Below, in pieces: positions 57,055 through 64,000 of a stretch of 64,000 nt of DNA. Origin of the DNA: Parcubacteria group bacterium Gr01-1014_31. GTDB lineage: Bacteria > Patescibacteriota > Patescibacteriia > Buchananbacterales > GWA2-38-13. Under the pieces are notes generated by a model. It had not been told where the DNA came from. It worked only from the letters and a program-made list of their open reading frames with translations, and made no database searches. The position numbers and the translations under genes are program-made. Location: positions 92,870 through 156,869 of the forward strand of contig VMFR01000002.1 of NCBI GenBank assembly GCA_007376135.1. Direction: 5' to 3'. Position 1 is the stretch's first letter; every line of letters starts with the position of its first letter.

Positions 57055-59802
57055 TTACTGTTTGCCTTTTATTTCGTCAACCGGCTTGAGGTCGCCCCAG
57101 TTTTTGCCGACTTCGACATGCACGAGGATCGGGACACGGAGCTGGTAGACGCCCTCCATGGTTTTCTTGACGAACCGCGCCAATGCAGCGGCGTCGCTTG
57201 CCGGTACTTCGAAGACCAGTTCGTCGTGCACTTGCAGTAGCATCCGGGCGGCCGGACAAACGGCCGGCAGCCGGTCGTGGACGGCGATCATCGCCAGCTT
57301 CATCAGATCGGCGGCCGTGCCCTGCACGGGGTGGTTGATGGCCGCGCGTTCGGCGCCTGAGCGGATCTGCGGTGCGGAGCTCGCAATTTCGGGCAGGTAG
57401 CGACGCCGGCCGAAGATGGTCTCCACGAATCCGTGCTCCAGCGCCAGCCGCTTGGTGTCCTCCAGGTAAGCGGCGATCTTCGGATGCAGCCGGAAGTAGG
57501 TATCAATGAAGGTTTTGGCTTTGTCGCGGGTGATGCCCTGGCGCTGGGACAGCCCGACCACGCCCATGCCGTAGATGATGCCGAAGTTCACTTCTTTCGC
57601 CGTTCGTCGCAATTCTTTGGTGACCTGCGCCACGGGCACATCGTGGATCTCGGCGGCGGTTCTCGTGTGCACATCCTCGCCGCGGGTGAACGCGGATATC
57701 ATCGTCGGGTCTTGCGCCAGCGAGGCGATGATGCGCAACTCGATCTGATTGTAGTCGGCCGACAGCAGGACGTTGCCGCGCTCGGCGATGAACGCTTTCC
57801 GAATTTGGCTGCCTAACGGGGTGCGGATGGGGATGTTCTGGAGGTTGGGGTCGGAGGATGACAGCCGGCCGGTGGCGGCGATGGTCTGATTGAAACTGGT
57901 GTGGAGCCGTTGATCGCGGGGAGACACCAGCTGGGGCAGCGCTTCCAAATAGGTGGACTGCAGTTTCGACAGCTCACGATATTCCATGATGAGCGGGATG
58001 ATCTGGTGCTGGTCGGCCAATTTTTCCAGTTCGCCCGCCGCCGTAGAGATGCCGGTTTTGGTGCGGCCCAGCCCGACGGTGGAGATTTTGAGCTTGCCGA
58101 ACAGGACCTCTTTCATCTGCAAGGGGGAGGCGATGTTGAACGGTACGCCCGCCAGGTCGTGGATCTTGGATTCCAGTTTGGCCAGCTGTTTGCCGACAGT
58201 CGTCGACATTTTTTTCAGGAACGCCGTATCAAGTTTGATGCCGTGCCGCTCCATTCGCGCCAGCACCTGGATGAGCGGCAGTTCGATCTTTTCCAGCAAG
58301 CCGAGCTGGTTTTTATTCTCCAGTTCGCGGTGCAGGCGAGAAAACAGCCGCAGCGAGTAGTCGGCATCGGCGCAGGCGTAGGGCACCACCTGGTCCAGCG
58401 GCACCTCGGTCATCGAGCGCTGCTTGGCCCCGCTGCCGATGAGGTCGGTGATTTGCGTCATTTGGAAACCGAACTCCGAGAAGCTCAACCCATCAAGACC
58501 GTGCTGCCGGGAACCGGGGTTCAGCAGGTACGACGCGATCATGGAGTCAAAAGCGATGCCGGAGAGCGGCAGCCCCGCGGTTTCGAGGCTGTGGAGGTCG
58601 AATTTCAAATTATGCCCTGTTTTCGGAATGCCAGCGTCGGACAGCATCGGTTTGAGTTTGGCCAGCAGTTCGGGTTTGGGCAGGACGAACGCCGCCTCCC
58701 CTTCCGCCCAGGCCAGGCTGATGCCGACCAGGTCAGCCGTCAGGGGATCCAGGCTCGAGGTCTCCGTGTCCACGGCGATCAGGGGTGCGCGGCGGATGTG
58801 CGACAGCACATCATCCAGTTTGTTCGCATCATCCACCAGCCGGTAGCCGGGCAGCAGTTTCGTGGGCGCGTCGTTCTGGGCGTTGCCCAACGCGAGCGCC
58901 CCCTGGGCGTCGGCGACGTGCTTGCTGGCGGGTAGCCGGTTGATGAGCGACTTGAACTCCAGCTCGGAGAATAGCCGTATCACGGCTGCCGGGTCGTAGG
59001 CCCCGACCTCGCACTCGTTCAGATGGAATTTGACCGGGGCATCGGTCGTGATCTTGCACAGCCGTTTGGCCAGGAGGGCTTTTTCCCGATGCTCCTGCAG
59101 CAGCGCGCGCGTGCGGACGGGAATTGCGGGGTCCTCCACGTGTTGGTAGAGGTTTTCCAGGCTGCCGAATTGTTGCAGCAGCGCGGTGGCCGTTTTTTCC
59201 CCGATGCCGGGTACGCCCGGGATGTTGTCGGACGGGTCGCCTCGCAACGCCTTGTAGTCCACCAGCTGTTCGGGGTTGAGGCCGAATTTTTCCCGCACCG
59301 CGGCCGCATCGTAGGTAACGGTGTCGGCGATGCCCTGCCGCAGGGCGTACACGGACACGCCCGGCGCAACCAGTTGAAGTGCATCCTGGTCGCCGGTGAC
59401 CACGATCCGCTCCAGGCCGCGGGCGGCGGGGTTCGCAACCAGGCTGCCGATCAAGTCGTCGGCTTCCAGGCCCGGCTGTTCAAACAGCGGCAGTCCGAAG
59501 GCGGCAACCACTTGCCGGATACGGTCGAACTGGTCGTAGAATTCCTGGGGTTTTTTGACCCGTTGCGCTTTGTACTCGGGGAATTCGTGGTGGCGGAAAT
59601 TTTTGCCCGGCGCGTCCATGGTGACGGCCAGATACCGCGGTTTCAGGTCCTTGATGACCTTGAGGAGGATGCTGGCGAACCCGAAGACCGCGTTGACCAA
59701 TTCACCCTTGCTGTTTCGCATGGTCTGGGGCAGCGCATGCCAGGCGCGATGAATAATTGCATTTCCATCGATGATCACCAGCTTGTCTTTTCGGTCGCTC
59801 AT
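57055..59802 (-). CDS. polA: DNA polymerase I
   Basis: IDGNAIIHRA, EADD, GDPSDNIPG, DTET, DYNQIELR, QVHDEL. Confidence 0.98.
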   Translation of the reverse strand: MSDRKDKLVIIDGNAIIHRAWHALPQTMRNSKGELVNAVFGFASILLKVIKDLKPRYLAVTMDAPGKNFRHHEFPEYKAQRVKKPQEFYDQFDRIRQVVAAFGLPLFEQPGLEADDLIGSLVANPAARGLERIVVTGDQDALQLVAPGVSVYALRQGIADTVTYDAAAVREKFGLNPEQLVDYKALRGDPSDNIPGVPGIGEKTATALLQQFGSLENLYQHVEDPAIPVRTRALLQEHREKALLAKRLCKITTDAPVKFHLNECEVGAYDPAAVIRLFSELEFKSLINRLPASKHVADAQGALALGNAQNDAPTKLLPGYRLVDDANKLDDVLSHIRRAPLIAVDTETSSLDPLTADLVGISLAWAEGEAAFVLPKPELLAKLKPMLSDAGIPKTGHNLKFDLHSLETAGLPLSGIAFDSMIASYLLNPGSRQHGLDGLSFSEFGFQMTQITDLIGSGAKQRSMTEVPLDQVVPYACADADYSLRLFSRLHRELENKNQLGLLEKIELPLIQVLARMERHGIKLDTAFLKKMSTTVGKQLAKLESKIHDLAGVPFNIASPLQMKEVLFGKLKISTVGLGRTKTGISTAAGELEKLADQHQIIPLIMEYRELSKLQSTYLEALPQLVSPRDQRLHTSFNQTIAATGRLSSSDPNLQNIPIRTPLGSQIRKAFIAERGNVLLSADYNQIELRIIASLAQDPTMISAFTRGEDVHTRTAAEIHDVPVAQVTKELRRTAKEVNFGIIYGMGVVGLSQRQGITRDKAKTFIDTYFRLHPKIAAYLEDTKRLALEHGFVETIFGRRRYLPEIASSAPQIRSGAERAAINHPVQGTAADLMKLAMIAVHDRLPAVCPAARMLLQVHDELVFEVPASDAAALARFVKKTMEGVYQLRVPILVHVEVGKNWGDLKPVDEIKGKQ

Positions 59803-59803
59803 A

Positions 59804-59977
59804 CTATTGCAGCGTTACCGCCTGCCCCGTACGAAGCTGAGGGCAGAAATTTGTCTCTCCTGGAGCGAGCCGCAGGCGGTTGACCGCGCCGGAAAGACTG
59901 TAGCCTTTCTGTAAACCCAAGCCCGCGAGCTTTCGTGCGGGGTCGATGATGACCAGCTTGTCCTTTTTTTCAGCCAT
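59804..59977 (-). pseudogene. Disrupted duplicate of the polA N-terminus
   Basis: MAEKKDKLVIID-[122-bp insert]-GNA versus polA MSDRKDKLVIIDGNA. Confidence 0.7.
59825..59942. mobile_element. Inverted-repeat element, family B-like (118 bp)
   Basis: CCCCGTACGAAGCT ... AGCTTTCGTGCGGGG imperfect arms. Confidence 0.65.
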
Positions 59978-60115
59978 AACGGTAGTATAGCACCCTGGGT
60001 GCGGCCGCAAACCCGGCGTTTCCCGTTGTTTTTAAGCCGACGATTTGCTATTTTGACAGCGTTACCGCGGGGGGTGGCAGTTGCTGCGCACGCCCCGCGT
60101 TCCCTATCTGGTATG

Positions 60116-60218
60116 CTCGGTAGGACAACGGATCTCACGGAGCAAGGCATACGATACACGGATTAATTATTTTTTGGTCCTAAACGCAATTACTCCATTC
60201 GGCCGTTGTACTACCGGG
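60116..60218. mobile_element. Inverted-repeat element family A, copy 3 (103 bp), at the smc start codon
   Basis: TATG|CTCGGTAGGACAACGG...CCGTTGTACTACCGGG|TATG. Confidence 0.75.
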
Positions 60219-60219
60219 T

Positions 60220-62502
60220 ATGCATTTAGAATCCCTGGAGATCACCGGTTTCAAGTCATTCGCCACTACCACCGCGCTGAAATTCCCGGCTGCGGCTGCT
60301 GGTACTCGTGGCGGCATTACCGCCATCGTCGGGCCCAACGGTTCGGGCAAGTCCAACATCACCGACGGCATCCGCTGGGCGCTGGGCGAGCAGTCGCTGA
60401 AAACCCTGCGCGGCAAGAAGGCCGAGGATGTCATCTTTTCCGGCTCGGACAAGAAGGCGCGGCTGGGGTTGGCCGAAGTATCGCTGGTGCTCAACAACGA
60501 GGACCGCGCGATGCCCGTGGATTTCCCCGAAGTCGTCATCACCCGGCGGCTGTACCGCAACGGCGAGGGAGAATATCTTTTGAACAAGCAGCCCATTCGG
60601 CTGACCGACGCGGTGCTGCTGATGGCCAAAGCCAATTTCGGCCAGAAGAGCTACTCCGTCATCGGCCAGGGCATGGTGGATGCCATCCTCAACGCCACTC
60701 CCCAAGAGCGCAAGGAATTCTTCGAGGAGGCCGCCGGCGTCAAGCAATACCAGCTCAAGCGCGAGCAGTCGGTGCGGAAACTGCAGCACACTTGGGAGAA
60801 CATCAGGCAGGCGGAAGCGGTCATCGAAGAGATCGAGCCGCGGCTGCGTTCCCTGCAGCGGCAGGTGAAAAAGCTCGAACAGCGCGAGCAGCTCATCCAA
60901 GAATTGTCCGGCAAGCAGCGCGAGTACTATGGCCGCGCGTGGCGTGCCATGCAGGAGGAGGAGTGTGTGGTCAAACCGCGCGTGCAGGAGCTCACGGGAC
61001 AGCTGCAGGAGCAGACCCGCCAGCTGCAAGCGGTCCAACAGCAGCTTGACCGGTTGGAGCAGGAGGACCGTCGGACCGAGGTATTCAACCGGCTGCAACA
61101 GCGCTACCAGAAAGCCGTGGAGGCCAAGTCCCAGCTGCGGGAAACCCAACTTTTGCTGCGCAACAAGATAGAATTGGCCAAGACCAAGGCCGCGCTTTCC
61201 GCCATTCCCGTGCCGCTGCCCGAGATCGTTACCCGCCTGGAGCGCGTGGCCGCGACCTACGATGATTTTTTACAGCAGCTGTCCGCCGCCCGGAAGCCCG
61301 AGGACCTCGCGCGGCTGCAGGAGCGCGCCAAGACCGTGAGCGGAACGTTGCGCGAGCTCTTGGCCGAGCTGCAGCACGGGAAGAAGCAACAGACGGCTGC
61401 CGTGGACCCGCAGATGGTCGCCGACCTGGAGCGCGCGAGCGGCAAACTGGAAGCGCTCGAAGCGGAGGTTGTTTCCGCGCAGCGGGAGATCACCGAGTTC
61501 AACACCACCGAGGAGGCCAAGCGCGGGAAATTTTTCGACCTCCAGCGCCAGTTCCAAGCCCGGCAGCAGGAATTGAATGCGACCGCCGCCCAGCTGTCCG
61601 AGTTGCGAGTGGCGATGGCCAAATTGGACACGCGGCGCGAAGCATTGGAAGAAGAGGTGAAGACCGAGCTGCAGTCCACCGCGTGGCTGCACGACTACCA
61701 GCCCGCCGGCGCGGGCGAGGACCCGCAGCTGAGCTCAAGCGTCCACCAGTTGAAGCGCCAGCTGGAGTTCATCGGCGGCATTGAGCCCCAGACCGTCAGT
61801 GAGTACCACCAGACCAAAGAGCGTTACGATTTTTTGAGCACCCAGGTTGCCGATCTGCGCACGGCGCTGGAGCAGCTGCGCACGGTCATTGAGGAGTTGG
61901 ATGGAACCATTCACCGGCAGTTCCACGACTCGTTCCGCCAGATCAACCACGAATTCGGGCGCTACTTCAAGGTATTGTTCAACGGCGGAAAAGCGGAACT
62001 GGACGCCATCACCCAGGAGGTGGCGGAGGCCGAGGAGGAAAAGCAGGTGGAGGCTGCCGCCGAAGGCGTGGAGGTTGCCGATGAAGCCGACCAGGAGGAA
62101 GAGGAGATTAGGCGGCTCTTGCGCGGTCGCACCGGCAAAGTGGTTGTTGGCGTGGAGATCCGCGCCACGCCCCCGGGCAAGAAGCTGGTGTCGGTGACCA
62201 TGCTGTCGGGCGGCGAGCGGGCGCTCACGTCCATCGCGCTCATTTCCGCCATCATTGCCAACAACCCCTCGCCCTTCGTGGTGCTCGATGAGGTGGATGC
62301 CGCTCTGGACGAGGCCAATTCCGAACGGTTTGGCGCCATCCTGGAGGAGCTGTCCGGCAAGACCCAGTTCATCGTCATCACCCACAACCGCGCCACCATG
62401 CACCGCGCGGCGGTTCTCTATGGCGTGACCATGGGCGACGACGGCGTGTCGCGTATCCTTTCGCTGCAGCTGGAGGAGGGGGAGAAATTGGTGAATCGGT
62501 AG
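60220..62502 (+). CDS. smc: Short SMC-family ATPase (760 aa)
   Basis: GFKSF, GPNGSGKSN, LRG, QG, LSGGE, LDEVDAALD, ITH. Confidence 0.93.
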   Translation: MHLESLEITGFKSFATTTALKFPAAAAGTRGGITAIVGPNGSGKSNITDGIRWALGEQSLKTLRGKKAEDVIFSGSDKKARLGLAEVSLVLNNEDRAMPVDFPEVVITRRLYRNGEGEYLLNKQPIRLTDAVLLMAKANFGQKSYSVIGQGMVDAILNATPQERKEFFEEAAGVKQYQLKREQSVRKLQHTWENIRQAEAVIEEIEPRLRSLQRQVKKLEQREQLIQELSGKQREYYGRAWRAMQEEECVVKPRVQELTGQLQEQTRQLQAVQQQLDRLEQEDRRTEVFNRLQQRYQKAVEAKSQLRETQLLLRNKIELAKTKAALSAIPVPLPEIVTRLERVAATYDDFLQQLSAARKPEDLARLQERAKTVSGTLRELLAELQHGKKQQTAAVDPQMVADLERASGKLEALEAEVVSAQREITEFNTTEEAKRGKFFDLQRQFQARQQELNATAAQLSELRVAMAKLDTRREALEEEVKTELQSTAWLHDYQPAGAGEDPQLSSSVHQLKRQLEFIGGIEPQTVSEYHQTKERYDFLSTQVADLRTALEQLRTVIEELDGTIHRQFHDSFRQINHEFGRYFKVLFNGGKAELDAITQEVAEAEEEKQVEAAAEGVEVADEADQEEEEIRRLLRGRTGKVVVGVEIRATPPGKKLVSVTMLSGGERALTSIALISAIIANNPSPFVVLDEVDAALDEANSERFGAILEELSGKTQFIVITHNRATMHRAAVLYGVTMGDDGVSRILSLQLEEGEKLVNR

Positions 62503-62506
62503 CGGA

Positions 62507-62601
62507 ATACTAAGTAGTAAGTTCTAAGAAACTTTTGGTTCTTGACTTTTCTTCCCCTTTCCGATAATCTGCATAGCACTTAGAACTTAGTACTTAGCAC
62601 T
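62507..62601. repeat. Heptamer-periodic inverted repeat enclosing the rpsP promoter
   Basis: atactaa gtagtaa gttctaa ... ttagaac ttagtac ttagcac; TTGACT (62542)-17-TAATCT in the loop. Confidence 0.7.
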
Positions 62602-62609
62602 GTCCGAAA

Positions 62610-62951
62610 ATGCTCGCCATTCGTTTCGCCCGCGTCGGCAAGACCAAGCAGCCCACCTACCGTATCACGGTGTCCGAAAAGGGCCGTGATCTGTTCGGTC
62701 GCAGCCTGGAGATCCTGGGCCACTACAACCCCCGTTCCAAGGTGTGTGACGTCAACGCGGAGCGCATCAAGTATTGGCTGTCGGTCGGTGCCGCTGCTTC
62801 CCCCACCGTCCACAACCTTTTGGTGGACCAGCACGTCATTGAGGGTCCCAAGATCAAGGTGACGCGCGGCAAAAAGAAAGCCGCCGAAACACCGGCCGCC
62901 GCCGCGCCCGCTGCTCCCGCTCCTGCCAAGGCCAAACCGGCCGCCGCGTAG
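62610..62951 (+). CDS. rpsP: 30S ribosomal protein S16
   Basis: MLAIRFARVG...YRI...LGHYNP...YWLSVGA. Confidence 0.95.
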   Translation: MLAIRFARVGKTKQPTYRITVSEKGRDLFGRSLEILGHYNPRSKVCDVNAERIKYWLSVGAAASPTVHNLLVDQHVIEGPKIKVTRGKKKAAETPAAAAPAAPAPAKAKPAAA

Positions 62952-63181
62952 AATTCACCCCTCCGATATCCGCAACGAACCGCCGCCGCCGGTTCGTTTT
63001 GATGTCGGTGAATGTTTGATTTCCCTGCTGTTGACGGTGGTAGGGGGCTATGCTAGCGTAGGCTTACATTCACCAGAGCGGCAAATTCCGGAGAACTACT
63101 AAGGTTTTCGGATCGTCGAAACCGTGCTGGTAGCTAATGATTAACGCTCCGCACTTGCGCGGAGTTTCCTGAGCCAGTCCT

Positions 63182-63529
63182 ATGGCTGAAGAACACAAGG
63201 ACCAAGAGTTTGTCGAGTACATTGTCAGGGGGATCGTCAACCACCCCGAGGACGTCAAGGTCGAGCGGACCGTGGATGAGATGGGGGTGTTGCTAACCCT
63301 GCACGTTAACCCCGAGGATATGGGGTACGTCATCGGCCGCCAAGGGCAGACGGCGCGGTCCATCCGTACGCTGCTCAAGATCGTCGGCGCCAAGAGCAAC
63401 GCTCGCGTCAACCTGAAGATCTACGAACCCGAGGGTTCGCGCCGCGCGCACAGCGAGGAAGGTCGCAGCCGCAGCACAGAGACGTCCGCCGAGCCGGACA
63501 CGTCGGTGCTCGACGACCTCAAGATCTAG
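63182..63529 (+). CDS. khpA: KH-domain RNA-binding protein KhpA
   Basis: IVNHPEDV, DMGYVIGRQGQTARSIRTLL; follows rpsP. Confidence 0.92.
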   Translation: MAEEHKDQEFVEYIVRGIVNHPEDVKVERTVDEMGVLLTLHVNPEDMGYVIGRQGQTARSIRTLLKIVGAKSNARVNLKIYEPEGSRRAHSEEGRSRSTETSAEPDTSVLDDLKI

Positions 63530-63551
63530 GTTAAGATCCCGTTTCCCGACT

Positions 63552-63586
63552 CCAGCTCCGATGTCCATCGGAGCTGGATTTTTTTT
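63552..63586 (+). terminator. Intrinsic terminator after khpA
   Basis: CCAGCTCCGATG/CATCGGAGCTGG followed by a T-run. Confidence 0.8.
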
Positions 63587-63693
63587 GCGTTGACATGCCG
63601 TTCACGCTTTGGTAGCGTTGTTGATTGTTGGCGCGCTGTTCGCCACACCTCGCCGCCGGGTTGGCGGTAGCTCTTTCCCCCTGGGGGTTCCCG

Positions 63694-63879
63694 ATGAAGA
63701 CCGTCTGTGTGCAGAAGCAAGTGACGTTCCGCTCGGCCCGTCGAGCCAGCGGGTGCACGTTTTGTCCGCAGCCCGCCAAGCTTGAGGCCATTTGCGGTTT
63801 GGCGACCGTCTACTGCTGCAAGCAGCCTTCATGCAAATCGCAGGCCGCTGAACGCGCGCGGCGTCATTCCAGGGGGTAA
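63694..63879 (+). CDS. Small Cys-rich hypothetical protein (61 aa, possible zinc binder)
   Basis: CTFC...C...CCKQPSC; GGGGG upstream; promoter TTGACA (63590)-17-TAGCGT. Confidence 0.5.
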   Translation: MKTVCVQKQVTFRSARRASGCTFCPQPAKLEAICGLATVYCCKQPSCKSQAAERARRHSRG

Positions 63880-64000
63880 CCGTATCCCCGCTCTTTAATC
63901 TATCTCCATCTCCGCAATCATCCGCGGCGGCCAGTCATTATCCGACGGCCGCTCTTTTTGTTCGCCTGCCTCCGCAACAAGGGAACTCGTGACCGCCAGT

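Overview
GC-rich bacterial chromosome segment spanning the replication origin (dnaN-oriC-dnaA / rpmH-rnpA-yidD-yidC). Gene content suggests a Patescibacteria (CPR, Parcubacteria-like) genome (inference): a VirB2/TrbC-like pilin array, a stand-alone SWIB protein, a short SMC, many GT-C proteins and mostly SD-less starts. Left to right: a low-GC XRE/ImmA/GIY-YIG cassette; a copper/redox cluster (CsoR, P1B ATPase, multicopper oxidase, DsbA, BlaI/M56); tRNA-Ser(CGA); galU, a solute-binding protein and nine pilin paralogs; a 13-kb GT2/GT-C glycosylation cluster; yebC-ruvC; a GT4/kinase/hydrolase/GalT/ROK cluster; PBP1A; a riboflavin kinase-methyltransferase fusion; the origin; bactofilin, rpsT, holA, polA, smc, rpsP and khpA. 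The most striking unannotated signal is three ~100-bp elements with conserved, co-varying 16-bp inverted arms and unrelated interiors. Each sits exactly at a TATG start site (pilin, rpsT, smc), with TATG duplicated on both sides in two copies. Similarly built elements interrupt the 5' ends of ruvC and of a duplicated polA start. All calls come from reading the sequence and the ORF track; no searches were run.
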